A stretch of 64,000 bases of DNA from an uncultured Clostridia bacterium (GCA_947624235.1 CANQJK010000001.1:4153-68152), one strand, 5' to 3'; positions 8,145 to 17,804 are shown, counted from the stretch's first letter. Numbers and translations are program-made. The notes: generated from the letters alone by a model not told the origin.

Positions 8145-9272
8145 TTACTTGTTGTGTTTTTTTACAATTTCCTCTTGATATATTGGCAAATACCGTTCCA
8201 CCGTTTCTTGCCATGTAGAGCCAATTTCTTTGGCGTTCATTCCCACCTCGCGTAGATGTTGACGATTGTTCATCAATTCGTTGATTTTATTTGCAACCGA
8301 CATGGGATTATTTTCCACGACAAAACCATTTACGTCGTTAGTAATCCTCTCTGCCGAGCCCGTGTCCTCGATGACCAACGACGGTGTATTTGCGCCTGCC
8401 GCTTCCAAAATTACAAGACTGTCGTTATCGAAAACACTCGTAAATAAAAATAAATCCGCCGAAGCGTATAGCGAATCCAATTTAAATCTGTCCGTTATGG
8501 CCCCCGTAAACACCACATTGTCACTCAAATTCAACTTTGCGACAAGTTTTTGAAATTTTTTTAAATGCGGACCGCGTCCCACTATCGTAAACACAAAATC
8601 GGAGCGTATTTTCTTTAATTCCGCAAGACATTTCAGAGAAAACCCAATGTTTTTGTATTCGATAATAAGCCCGACATACAGTAAATTGAACTTTTGGAAA
8701 GCGTCTCTTGTCTCATGTTCAATCTGCTTTACTTTGACGCTACCATTTTTGACGATTGTAACGTCCTTTTTTAGTCCGTAAGACCTTAATTCGTCTATCA
8801 TCGAGTAGGATACGGAACAAACCCTATCGGCCTTTTTAGCTCTTCTAATAACTATTTTAAGCAATATCTCCGCCAAAAATGAACTCTTCAACGCGTTTTT
8901 GTAGCAATATCTGAATTTCGTATGCACCGTACAAACGGACGGAATCTTTTGCTTTTTTGCATATTTATTGCCAAAACCAGCCATCATTCCCAAGGATTGA
9001 GTGTGTACAATATCTGGAGCGAATTCCTTTAATGCACACTTCATTTTTTTTGAAATACCTGGCATCGCCCAAAAATCGTTTGCAGTCACTTGAATACTTT
9101 TAGCCCGAACAACCTTGAAATCAAACTGGTTGTCGTCAAATTTTTGATGATAGTTCGGCGCGAGAACAAGCACTTCGTTTGTTTTTTCCAATTCAGTGGC
9201 GTATCTGACTACCGCGTTCTCGGTGCCACCTATCCCAGGGACAAAACTGTCAGTAAAAATTGCAATTTTCAT
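8145..9272 (-). CDS. glycosyltransferase family 4 (diacylglycerol glycosyltransferase-like)
   Basis: 375 aa. N-terminus MKIAIFTDSFVPGIGGTENAV and a C-terminal EX7E-type region (FTSVFDNDSLVILEAAGANTP) are typical of GT4 glycolipid synthases. Confidence 0.85.
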   Translation of the reverse strand: MKIAIFTDSFVPGIGGTENAVVRYATELEKTNEVLVLAPNYHQKFDDNQFDFKVVRAKSIQVTANDFWAMPGISKKMKCALKEFAPDIVHTQSLGMMAGFGNKYAKKQKIPSVCTVHTKFRYCYKNALKSSFLAEILLKIVIRRAKKADRVCSVSYSMIDELRSYGLKKDVTIVKNGSVKVKQIEHETRDAFQKFNLLYVGLIIEYKNIGFSLKCLAELKKIRSDFVFTIVGRGPHLKKFQKLVAKLNLSDNVVFTGAITDRFKLDSLYASADLFLFTSVFDNDSLVILEAAGANTPSLVIEDTGSAERITNDVNGFVVENNPMSVANKINELMNNRQHLREVGMNAKEIGSTWQETVERYLPIYQEEIVKKHNK

Positions 9273-9637
9273 GGAGAATCTCCTTTTTTAATTATAAATG
9301 ATTTAAACGTTCCGTGTCAACTACTTTCATTTTTTATGGTGGTCTTGTCGTTTAAAAATTGTGTATAAACGGTATACAGAGACAATTAATACAAATCGAA
9401 TTGTGTTTTAAATCGGAAGCATTGCGTGACGCAAGGAATATATTACGGTGTGGTTTGCCTTGACAGCTTTAAAGCATGTTTTTTCACTAGCATGATGCTC
9501 CGAAAAGAGTTTCATGCTTTGTAGTTAACAAGCAACATTTCTGACTACGTTACTTGTGGAAAATCGACCATAAAAACATTAAGGCATAATGATGTGTGAA
9601 AAAAAATTTAGATTTACTGTCATTGCTAAATTTATGA

Positions 9638-9666
9638 TTGCATTTCAAACGAAAAAGTTATATAAT
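9638..9666 (+). promoter_or_regulatory. sigma-A-type promoter abutting the start codon at 9674 (possible leaderless mRNA)
   Basis: TTGCAT (9638..9643), 17 nt, TATAAT (9661..9666). Only 7 nt (atagttt, no SD) separate it from ATG 9674. Confidence 0.55.
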
Positions 9667-9673
9667 ATAGTTT

Positions 9674-10921
9674 ATGTTAGATGAAAGATTAGTAGGTGAA
9701 TTCAGAATTCACTCAAAAGAATACGAAAAGCTAGTTTCTGACACAATAGAAGAATACAATAGAAACGGCAAAAAGACGATTTTATTTGTATGCGATACTT
9801 TTTTCCCTACCATTGACGGCGTGGTTATGGTTATGCACAATTATGCCAAAAATTTGTTTGACAAAGTCAATGTCGTGATGCTCGTCCCCGCATTTAAGGG
9901 AAAGGTTTATTCGAAAGGATATCTTGCAATCGGGGTAACAAGCTCCTATTCAAAAAAATTACGCAATCAAATACCTTTGCCGATGTTTGATTACCACTAC
10001 GACAAACTCCTAAAAAATTTGCATATCGACCTAATCCATTGTCACTCTCCATTTATTATGGGCAGAGTTGCGCTACGACTACACAAAAAACGTCATATCC
10101 CCCTTGTTTGCACATTCCATAGTTTATACAAACGAGATTTCAAGAAACAAGTGCCTATGTTGGTGCCACTTATGATGCACTACATCATGCATTGTTTCAA
10201 TCGTTGCACTGAAGTTTGGACCATGCATCACGCGTGCGTCGAGGCAATTCGGGAATATGGCTACAAAGGGCCTATAACCATCATGCCGAACGGCACCTCC
10301 ACCGAACCGTCCGCAGACTATTTTAATGAAAGAACCGTTGCTCGGAAAAAATATGCTGTTGCCGACGATACGACTCTATTTGTGTTTGTCGGTAGACTTG
10401 TGACACAAAAAAATATTATATTCATTTTAGACGTGCTTGCAGAATTAAAAAAACGTGGACTTAAATTCAAAATGCTGTTTGTAGGGGAAGGCGCAGATCG
10501 AAACCTTTTGGAAAAGCATATCAAGGAACTTTGCCTGACTGATTGCGTATTTATCATCGGGCAAAAAGATAAAAATGGCGTTACAGAAGTTTTTTCCGCC
10601 GCGGATATGTTCCTATTCCCGAGCTTTTACGATACAAGCTCCCTCGTACAGGTTGAGGCCGCTTCGCGTTACACGCCCACCGCCTTTGTTGAAAAAAGTA
10701 CAACTTCGTACACAATTACTGACAATATAAACGGATATATATTTCCCGACGATGTCGAGGCATTCGCACAAGGAGTTTATGATGCGATAAGTAACAAGAA
10801 AAAACTACACGAAGTCGGGCAAAAAGCTTACGAAGAGTTGTATATCACTTGGAAACAAATCGTAGAAAAAGCTATTGCACGCTACAACGAGATAATAGAA
10901 AGCTCGAACAAAGATAAATAA
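9674..10921 (+). CDS. glycosyltransferase family 4
   Basis: 415 aa. ILFVCDTFFPTIDGVVMV N-domain and FPSFYDTSSLVQVEAASRYTP C-domain. It has a 35-aa N-terminal extension relative to typical GT4 proteins. Confidence 0.85.
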   Translation: MLDERLVGEFRIHSKEYEKLVSDTIEEYNRNGKKTILFVCDTFFPTIDGVVMVMHNYAKNLFDKVNVVMLVPAFKGKVYSKGYLAIGVTSSYSKKLRNQIPLPMFDYHYDKLLKNLHIDLIHCHSPFIMGRVALRLHKKRHIPLVCTFHSLYKRDFKKQVPMLVPLMMHYIMHCFNRCTEVWTMHHACVEAIREYGYKGPITIMPNGTSTEPSADYFNERTVARKKYAVADDTTLFVFVGRLVTQKNIIFILDVLAELKKRGLKFKMLFVGEGADRNLLEKHIKELCLTDCVFIIGQKDKNGVTEVFSAADMFLFPSFYDTSSLVQVEAASRYTPTAFVEKSTTSYTITDNINGYIFPDDVEAFAQGVYDAISNKKKLHEVGQKAYEELYITWKQIVEKAIARYNEIIESSNKDK

Positions 10922-11111
10922 ATTTGAATATCACATTCAAAAAAATGGAATCCACCCCCCCCCAAAAAAACGGTTTCGTTTTTAATTTAATGCTAAAATC
11001 AAAATCGCCTTTCTTTGTTAGTTATTATATAAGGGTATATTCTTCTCTTGAAGCCTTGCTCCTACCGTTTGCTCTTAACTAGAAATTTTTTTATTCCCCC
11101 ACAACACACTA

Positions 11112-12362
11112 TTATAGCAACATTTTTTTTCTTGCACGAATCCTTGTCGCCAGTTTGATACCGATACTCACTGTCATTCCCAACAACAAATAAATGTAGA
11201 AACTATAGACACGCCATATCATCATACATGTAAAACTTGCACCCGCCACCGTGTAAAGTACGCTTCTAAATAGCCCATAGAATGTTCCGTCCATTGCGCC
11301 CGAATTACCCGGAGTCGGGATAAACGTGGTTGCACAGTAAATGAAAAAAGTAATGCGGGTTACTTCGAACCACAGTTCCCACGACGGCGTCCAACCATAT
11401 GCCACTAATGCATTAGGGAACATCATTAATGCAAAGTACGGCAGTGAACATTGTGCAATGTTGTACAACAACGCCAAAAGCGTCCCCGCTATCAAAATGC
11501 GTTTGGACTTGAAAATTATCGCCATATTCTTTTTGTTGTTATCGATTGCGTTTTTGCCTTTTTGTATCCATTGGTCGGGTTTTTTGCAAATTTTCAACTT
11601 TGCCAATACCTTGACGCCCCAACTTATGACCTTGTAGCCTGCTTTGGGCATAAATGAGAACACAACTAAAAACAGCGGTACGGCTATATAGAAAACCGCT
11701 CCGAAATAGGCGAGGATCTGAACGGACAGGGGCACAATTTCTCGCGGAACGCCCACGCAAAAAGACACTATCGCGCACAGCACAAATGTGAATTGAGACA
11801 AAAACATCGATCCGATGGGTATTGCGCCCGCAGGTCCGCTGTCTACGCCGTGTTTGGCAAGATAATAAATTTGAAAAGGTTGCCCGCCCGAACCGAGAGG
11901 AGTCACATAATCGTAAAATTTGCCCAACACCGCACAGTTGAAAGAGGTTCCGAATTTGTATTTGCCTGTCGTTTTGCGCACCATCATAAACAGTTTGAAC
12001 GTTTCCAACAAAATCGTGGCAAAAAACAACCCAAAAAGCACAAGTAAATAATACCAACGACTTCCTATCAACTGAAATATTCGTGATAGATCTACGTCCT
12101 CGCCCGAAAAGTCCGACACGGCGGTAAAAACAATAATTGCGACAATAACGACGACAAAAAGAACGGTCACAATAATTTTCCACTTTTTTTTGCGCGACGT
12201 TTGCTTTTGCGATACATTAACGTCGATGTCGTTGCCTGCGCTGTCAGCGTGAGAAAGATCGGGCGTATCGTTTACGGTAACAGAAGCGCCTTTATCCGAT
12301 CCGTTTTCATCGGGATCTTCAAAATCTATATCCACTATTTCTCTTTTTACTTCGTCATTCAT
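11112..12362 (-). CDS. flippase-like membrane protein (UPF0104 / lysyl-phosphatidylglycerol synthase TM-region family)
   Basis: 416 aa. Acidic disordered N-terminus of about 60 aa, then multiple TM helices with the family motif PLGSGGQPFQIYYL. Confidence 0.75.
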   Translation of the reverse strand: MNDEVKREIVDIDFEDPDENGSDKGASVTVNDTPDLSHADSAGNDIDVNVSQKQTSRKKKWKIIVTVLFVVVIVAIIVFTAVSDFSGEDVDLSRIFQLIGSRWYYLLVLFGLFFATILLETFKLFMMVRKTTGKYKFGTSFNCAVLGKFYDYVTPLGSGGQPFQIYYLAKHGVDSGPAGAIPIGSMFLSQFTFVLCAIVSFCVGVPREIVPLSVQILAYFGAVFYIAVPLFLVVFSFMPKAGYKVISWGVKVLAKLKICKKPDQWIQKGKNAIDNNKKNMAIIFKSKRILIAGTLLALLYNIAQCSLPYFALMMFPNALVAYGWTPSWELWFEVTRITFFIYCATTFIPTPGNSGAMDGTFYGLFRSVLYTVAGASFTCMMIWRVYSFYIYLLLGMTVSIGIKLATRIRARKKMLL

Positions 12363-12516
12363 TGCTTTAATATTTTACTAAAATACTTTTCCTTTGTCAA
12401 ATGCTGACGTCGCCATACCGATACATCATACAATATAAAACATAATTCGTCCGATTTGGTGCAAATACAACATGTCAAGCAATAAAATACGATTACCGCA
12501 ATAAAAAAACCTGTAC

Positions 12517-12631
12517 GTTATAAAGCGCGGTTTCCAAGCGGTCGCTATCGACGATCGGAGTTCGCTTAACAAAGTACAGGAAGATTTAGCATATATTGAA
12601 GAAGCTACTCACACCCCAACATTTGACATAG
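12517..12631. repeat. copy 1 of the roughly 115-bp direct repeat (IS end-adjacent segment plus terminal repeat)
   Basis: TTATAAAGCGCGGTTTCCAAGCGGTCGCTATCGACGATCGGAGTTCGCTTAACAAAGTACAGGAAGATTTAGCAT...ACACCCCAACATTTGACATAGA. It differs from copy 2 at only a handful of positions. Confidence 0.8.
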
Positions 12632-12742
12632 ATTCACCTTTATTGAAGGGAAGAACAACAAGATAAAGATACTGAAAAGGAACGCATACGGAGTGAGGAA
12701 CTTCGAGAGATTCAGGAAAAGAATACTGCTTGCATGCGGGTA
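12626..12742 (+). pseudogene. ISL3-family transposase, C-terminal fragment only
   Basis: Frame reads ..FTFIEGKNNKIKILKRNAYGVRNFERFRKRILLACG*. This matches the conserved ISL3/IS1167-type C-terminus (EGxNNxIKxxKRxAxGxRNFxxFxxRIL). No upstream coding sequence remains. Confidence 0.65.
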
Positions 12743-12748
12743 AAAGAA

Positions 12749-12784
12749 GCCCTCTCTCGGTGGCAGTACTGCCATCGAGAGAGG
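12749..12784 (+). terminator. strong hairpin downstream of the transposase fragment
   Basis: CCCTCTCTCG-GTGGCAGTACTGCCAT-CGAGAGAGGG. No clean T-run on the plus strand; CTTCTTTT follows on the minus strand. Confidence 0.4.
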
Positions 12785-12845
12785 GAACAAACCGATTCAA
12801 TTATATGTTGGGAAAATACCTACACCCCAACATTTGACATAGAGC

Positions 12846-12963
12846 CTTATAAAAGCGCGGTTTCCAAGCGGTCACTATCGACGAACGGAATTCGCTTAAC
12901 AAAGTACAGGAAGATTTAGCATTGTTGAAGAAGCTACTCACACCCCAACATTTGACATAGAGC
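12846..12963. repeat. copy 2 of the roughly 115-bp direct repeat
   Basis: Same sequence as 12517..12631 with a few substitutions. Flanked on both sides by the 25-bp end sequence. Confidence 0.8.
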
Positions 12964-13035
12964 CAAATTATTTATATATTTATCTATTTTATTGTATTCT
13001 CCCAATATGTAATATCGGAAAAATTGACGCTTATT

Positions 13036-14430
13036 TCAGAACTGTGCGTTGCCGACCGTTCTGGGGAAAGGCAAGACGTCGCGTATATTGGATACCCCCG
13101 TAAGGTACATGATAAGTCGTTCGAAGCCCAAACCGAAACCTGCATGTTTCGTTCCGCCGAACTTGCGAAGTTCCAAATACCACCAGTAGTCCTCTTGTTT
13201 AAGGCCCAGTTCCTTTATTCTTGCAAGTAACACGTCCAAACGCTCTTCGCGCTGACTGGCGCCTATAAGTTCGCCCACTCCCGGCACCAACATATCCGTT
13301 GCGGCAACGGTCTTGCCGTCGTCGTTGAGACGCATGTAGAAGGCCTTGATGTCTTTGGGATAGTCGGTGACGAACACCGGTCCGCCGACGATTTTTTCCG
13401 TGAGATAGCGTTCGTGTTCCGTCGCAATATCGCAACCCCAAGTGACCGGAAATTCAAATTCGGCATTGTGCGGAGCAAGCAATTCGATAGCCTTTGTGTA
13501 ACTCAACCTTTCGAACTTGGAGTTGACGAGTTTGTTCAACCGTTCTTTTAGTCCGTTGTCCACAAAACTGTTGAAGAAGTCGATTTCGTCCGAACAATTT
13601 TCCAAAATATAGTTGATGACATATTTCAACATATCCTCTGCCAACTGCATATCGTCGTTGAGATCGGCAAAGGCTATTTCCGGTTCTATCATCCAAAACT
13701 CCGCCGCGTGGCGTTGCGTGTTGGACTTTTCGGCGCGGAATGTAGGCCCGAACGTATAAACTCTGCCAAAAGCCATGGCATATGTTTCGACATTCAACTG
13801 ACCTGACACAGTAAGGTTGGCGGGCTTGCCAAAGAAATCTTTTGAGTAATCCACTTCACCGTCCTTGTTTAGCGGAACATTGGCAAGATCAAAGGTAGTC
13901 ACCTTGAACATCTCGCCCGCGCCCTCACAGTCGCTTGCGGTAATAAGCGGAGTGTGGACATAAACGAAACCGTTTTCGTGAAAGAAACTGTGCAACGCAA
14001 AAGCCACCTCACTTCTCACTCGCATAACGGCGGATATCAAATTTGTGCGCGGACGCAAATGCGCTATCTCCCGCAAGAACTCAACCGAGTGACGTTTTTT
14101 TTGCAACGGGTAATCGGGAGTAGATTTTCCTTCCACAACTATCTTTTTTGCCTTCAATTCGAGCGGTTGCTTGTTTTGCGGAGTAAGCACCACCGTGCCC
14201 GTTACTACCAAAGCAGAGCCGACATTGAGATGCGCTATCTCGTCAAAGTTGTCTATTATGTCCTTTTCGAATACCACTTGCAAGCCTTTGAAACAACTGC
14301 CGTCGTTAAGGTCGATAAACCCGAATACCTTTGAATCCCGTACGGTTTTAGCCCATCCGCACACAGTAACCTGCTTGCCGTCGTAGTCTTTGCTGTTTGA
14401 GATTATTTGCTTTATTAAAATCCTTTCCAT
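13036..14430 (-). CDS. asnS: asparagine--tRNA ligase
   Basis: 464 aa. OB-fold N-domain and class IIb core ([36 protein letters not shown]). Confidence 0.95.
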   Translation of the reverse strand: MERILIKQIISNSKDYDGKQVTVCGWAKTVRDSKVFGFIDLNDGSCFKGLQVVFEKDIIDNFDEIAHLNVGSALVVTGTVVLTPQNKQPLELKAKKIVVEGKSTPDYPLQKKRHSVEFLREIAHLRPRTNLISAVMRVRSEVAFALHSFFHENGFVYVHTPLITASDCEGAGEMFKVTTFDLANVPLNKDGEVDYSKDFFGKPANLTVSGQLNVETYAMAFGRVYTFGPTFRAEKSNTQRHAAEFWMIEPEIAFADLNDDMQLAEDMLKYVINYILENCSDEIDFFNSFVDNGLKERLNKLVNSKFERLSYTKAIELLAPHNAEFEFPVTWGCDIATEHERYLTEKIVGGPVFVTDYPKDIKAFYMRLNDDGKTVAATDMLVPGVGELIGASQREERLDVLLARIKELGLKQEDYWWYLELRKFGGTKHAGFGLGFERLIMYLTGVSNIRDVLPFPRTVGNAQF

Positions 14431-14433
14431 ATT

Positions 14434-15621
14434 TCAGCCTCTCATTTTCCGCAAAAAAGGCGGTATCGTCGGATCTTCTTCCACCGTGACGTTAGCGGAT
14501 ATACCGCTATTGTCGCGTTTCGGTTGCTCCGTAGCGGACGGAGTCTGCGCTTCTGTTACCGTGCGCTCACGCGGAGGGACGGTAGATTGCGTTGAAGGTT
14601 GTCCAACCGAATTGCTACGCTGAATATTTGTCGCCGCAACTTGCGTAGCGGCTTCGCTACTGAAAAATGTCGCCTTACCGTCGTTGCGCCCCGAAAATCC
14701 TGTTGCGATAAGCGTAACTTGCACTTCGTCTTTCATATTTTCATCGAAGCCCACTCCAAACAATACGTTTGCGTCGGGAGATATTACCTGCCGTACAAGA
14801 TCGACGCCCGTCGTAACTTCGTCCAACGAAAGATCCTCTCCTCCGCGGAAGTTGACTATAAGGCTGGACGCGCCCTGTATCGTTGTTTCCAACAAAGGCG
14901 AATAGACCGCTTTGCGAATGGCGTCTATCGTTTTGTTTTTGCCTTTGCCTTCTCCTACGCCCATATGCGCCATTCCGCTGTTTCTCATAACGCACTTGAT
15001 GTCCGCAAGGTCGAGATTGATTCGTCCGTCCTGCACAACTATTTCCGTTATTCCGCGAATACCTTGCAACAAAATTTCATCCGCCTTGGCAAATGCGTCC
15101 ATTATCGAACAGTTTTTGTCGCGGTTGAGTTTTTCGTTTTGAACGATAACAAGCGAATCAACGTTGCCTTTGAGGTTTTCTATACCCATCTCGGCATTTT
15201 TCATACGCTTAAATCCCTCAAAATTAAAGGGTTTTGTAACGACGGCGATTGTGAGAATTTCCAATTCCTTGGCTATCTGGGCTACGATGGGAGCGGCGCC
15301 CGTTCCCGTTCCGCCACCCATACCTGCCGCGATAAAAAGCAAGTCCACGCCTTGAAGCGCATTTTGTATCTTATCCTTGCTTTCGAGAGCGGCAAGCCTG
15401 CCCACCTCGGGGTTAGCGCCGGCGCCCAAACCCTTGGTAAGCTTTTCGCCGATCGGCATTTTTTTTGCCGACAGCTTGGAAAGCGCCTGTTGGTCGGTAT
15501 TCAATGCAAGGTACTCCACATTGCGAATACCCGCTTTCATCATGCTGTTGACGGCATTTCCTCCTCCGCCACCTACGCCGACTATCAATATTTTTGCAAT
15601 TCCACCGGAAGTGTATTCCAT
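14434..15621 (-). CDS. ftsZ: cell division protein FtsZ
   Basis: 395 aa. Tubulin signature GGGTGTGAAP, N-terminal VGVGGGGGNAV, and a C-terminal conserved peptide IPPFLRK. Confidence 0.98.
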   Translation of the reverse strand: MEYTSGGIAKILIVGVGGGGGNAVNSMMKAGIRNVEYLALNTDQQALSKLSAKKMPIGEKLTKGLGAGANPEVGRLAALESKDKIQNALQGVDLLFIAAGMGGGTGTGAAPIVAQIAKELEILTIAVVTKPFNFEGFKRMKNAEMGIENLKGNVDSLVIVQNEKLNRDKNCSIMDAFAKADEILLQGIRGITEIVVQDGRINLDLADIKCVMRNSGMAHMGVGEGKGKNKTIDAIRKAVYSPLLETTIQGASSLIVNFRGGEDLSLDEVTTGVDLVRQVISPDANVLFGVGFDENMKDEVQVTLIATGFSGRNDGKATFFSSEAATQVAATNIQRSNSVGQPSTQSTVPPRERTVTEAQTPSATEQPKRDNSGISANVTVEEDPTIPPFLRKMRG

Positions 15622-16785
15622 TTAGTTATCTCCTTTGCGCAAATGTTTCAAAAACGACAGCAATCCGTTTCTGCCCTTGTTGGCGTGCATTGCTTCGTAG
15701 ATCAAGCCGTAGCTCGAAGTATATTCATTTCTGTTTGTTTGCGGATTAAAACTGTTGTACAAACGTATCGGCTTTTGCAGTTGTTGCGCCAAGGCGTCCA
15801 CTCCGCCACGCAGATACGCCAAACCTCCGCCCGTCAACACTATGGGCGTGTTTTGCGGTATTTCTCTTTCGCACAAATCGAAACTGCGCATAATGTAATC
15901 GCCTATTTGATCGATACGCGCTTTTACAACGGCATTCGCCTGTTTTGCCTCCACCGTTCTGCCGTGAACGTTGTAGACGTCGCCCGCTTTTACTTCCAAA
16001 TTGAGGTTGATCTTTTCCAAAACAGCGAGTGAAAAGTTGAAATCGCAACCCAAAACCTGACACAGATCGCTTGCGAGATACCCCGCACCCAAAGCAAACG
16101 TCCTTTGAAAAAGCAGTCCTTTTCCGCCACAGAGCATAACGTTGGTCGTGATGTAACCCACGTCGATTATTATGCAATATCCGTCTTTTACCAAAGCGCT
16201 CGCTATGTAATCCGCCTGCGCTTCGCAACCGTTTAGATAGTTGACTTTGTTGATGCCCTTCTCCAACAAAATGGGGGCGATGGTATTGCGAAAATACTTT
16301 TTCATAAAGGAAAAAGACACCAACCCCGTAAGCTTGTTTGCAATGGCGCCTACGGGATCGAAGGACTTTATCGCGCCGTCCAAAATGTAGTAGACGGGTT
16401 TTCCCGTCAACGGATCGTATTCGTCGCCTGCTTTGTAGATATCGGCTTTTCGCACTATGTCCTCGCAGTCGTCGAGATCGATTTTCTTTTTTGAGTGAAA
16501 CGTTACCGACGCCTCGCTTGTGACCAAGGCGCAAAAAGCCCCCGGTACGCCCACATATAGTTCTTTGATAGGCGTTTTTATTTTGTTTTCAACCTGACCG
16601 ATAGCCTGCGTTACGACATTGGTCAACAAATTCGGTTCGTACCATTCCTTGTCGCTGAATCCGCTGTAAGCGACTTGTCCCGTTGCCTTGATAACAAAGT
16701 CGCCGTCGTCGGACACCTTGGTTGCCGCCATACATGTGACTTTGCTTGAACCGAAATCCAAAACAGCTATAAAATCGTTTTTCAT
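15622..16785 (-). CDS. ftsA: cell division protein FtsA
   Basis: 387 aa, actin-like ATPase (LDFGSSKVTC, VLTGGGLAYLRG) with a C-terminal amphipathic tail. Directly upstream of ftsZ. Confidence 0.85.
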   Translation of the reverse strand: MKNDFIAVLDFGSSKVTCMAATKVSDDGDFVIKATGQVAYSGFSDKEWYEPNLLTNVVTQAIGQVENKIKTPIKELYVGVPGAFCALVTSEASVTFHSKKKIDLDDCEDIVRKADIYKAGDEYDPLTGKPVYYILDGAIKSFDPVGAIANKLTGLVSFSFMKKYFRNTIAPILLEKGINKVNYLNGCEAQADYIASALVKDGYCIIIDVGYITTNVMLCGGKGLLFQRTFALGAGYLASDLCQVLGCDFNFSLAVLEKINLNLEVKAGDVYNVHGRTVEAKQANAVVKARIDQIGDYIMRSFDLCEREIPQNTPIVLTGGGLAYLRGGVDALAQQLQKPIRLYNSFNPQTNRNEYTSSYGLIYEAMHANKGRNGLLSFLKHLRKGDN

Positions 16786-16805
16786 GCGTTCCTCTCTGTT
16801 GACGA

Positions 16806-17633
16806 CTATTTGGACGGCGTGGAAATGCGCCCGTTTTTGTAGACGGTGATCGTTATATCATCGCTATGCAAATTGAGATCGGAATTGTAGTACACGCTGT
16901 ATGCCTTTATGATCCTGTTGGCAAGATCCACCTCGGGCGATTGCACCACGATGTATCCGTTGAGTCTCGGGTGAATCACAAGACTGCCTTCTTCGTTGAA
17001 GGTAAAGACGTTTGTCTCGCCGAGCACTTGCCCGACATCGCCTATTTCCACCCAACATTGCCAAGTTGCCAAAATCGAATCGAGAATGTAGCCCAAACGA
17101 GTGTTGCTTTCGTCCGACGCAAAACTAAATTTGGTGCCCACGGCATTTTGATCGCCCTCTTTCACGTCTCTGCTGTTAAATGCCGAAGTTATGTCTATCA
17201 CGTTGGTTGAAGGTTCGGTAACGTATCCGAAACAATCCACATAAACAGGCGCGCCCGTGGACAATTGGAAGCATGCTATCGCAGTACGACGGACAAAGTG
17301 TATCTCCACCACGTTGGGAAAGTCTTTGACAACGGCAAAAGCATGCCATCGAGTGTATTTGGTGTTTAATTCCGCCATAAGATTGGTTTTTGACAAAAAC
17401 ACGATACTCTTGCCCTTGTAGGAGGACAAAAGGTCATCGGGAGCAAGCGCTCCTTCGGGGGCGATTATTTCGCTTCCGTCAAAACCGTGGTAAACCGGAA
17501 CGATTTTTTTGACTGTAAGCACTGCCGACAATACTACAATAATAACCACCACAACGGCTACTACTGCCAGAGAAATAAGAAGTTTTCTGCTCTTCACTTG
17601 TAACTCCCTTGGCGAACTGCTCGTAACAAACAT
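16806..17633 (-). CDS. cell division protein FtsQ/DivIB-like
   Basis: Single TM (LLISLAVVAVVVVIIVVL) followed by a POTRA-like domain, in the position upstream of ftsA. The track start (TTG 17666) overlaps the TATAAT of a promoter, so ATG 17633 (MFVTSSSPRELQ) is preferred. No SD is visible. Confidence 0.6.
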   Translation of the reverse strand: MFVTSSSPRELQVKSRKLLISLAVVAVVVVIIVVLSAVLTVKKIVPVYHGFDGSEIIAPEGALAPDDLLSSYKGKSIVFLSKTNLMAELNTKYTRWHAFAVVKDFPNVVEIHFVRRTAIACFQLSTGAPVYVDCFGYVTEPSTNVIDITSAFNSRDVKEGDQNAVGTKFSFASDESNTRLGYILDSILATWQCWVEIGDVGQVLGETNVFTFNEEGSLVIHPRLNGYIVVQSPEVDLANRIIKAYSVYYNSDLNLHSDDITITVYKNGRISTPSK

Positions 17634-17657
17634 ATTGCGCCAATAATAATTATCTAA

Positions 17658-17686
17658 ATTATACAACTTATGCCCAATATAGTCAA
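17658..17686 (-). promoter_or_regulatory. sigma-A-type promoter for ftsQ-ftsA-ftsZ-asnS
   Basis: Minus strand TTGACT (17686..17681), 17 nt, TATAAT (17663..17658). Confidence 0.6.
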
Positions 17687-17804
17687 TGAAAAAAAACAGA
17701 GGAAATATAATATTTTGTATATTTTTACATGGCTAATTGCGGAACGCTTTCCCTGTTTAGTCCACAGGATACCCGTTTGCGATTGTCGCAAAAATAGACG
17801 TGTC

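Larger units (their letters stand above)
12509..12965. mobile_element. rearranged ISL3-family insertion-sequence debris (no intact transposase)
   Basis: Contains a transposase C-terminal fragment, three same-orientation copies of a roughly 25-bp end sequence ACACCCCAACATTTGACATAGAGCC (12610, 12821, 12939), and two roughly 115-bp near-identical copies of end-adjacent sequence. Confidence 0.6.

Noticed and set aside
10955-10970. C9-A7 homopolymer run as a phase-variation switch.
   Set aside because: It lies between two convergent stop codons (10921 and 11112), not in a promoter or coding region, so slippage would have no obvious expression consequence. It may also be a sequencing-prone tract.
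12509-12965. Possible CRISPR array or tandem small-RNA genes, because a 22-25 nt sequence recurs three times.
   Set aside because: The spacing is irregular (211 and 118 nt). The 'spacers' are themselves duplicated. One interval encodes an ISL3 transposase C-terminus and there are no cas genes, so IS debris explains it better.
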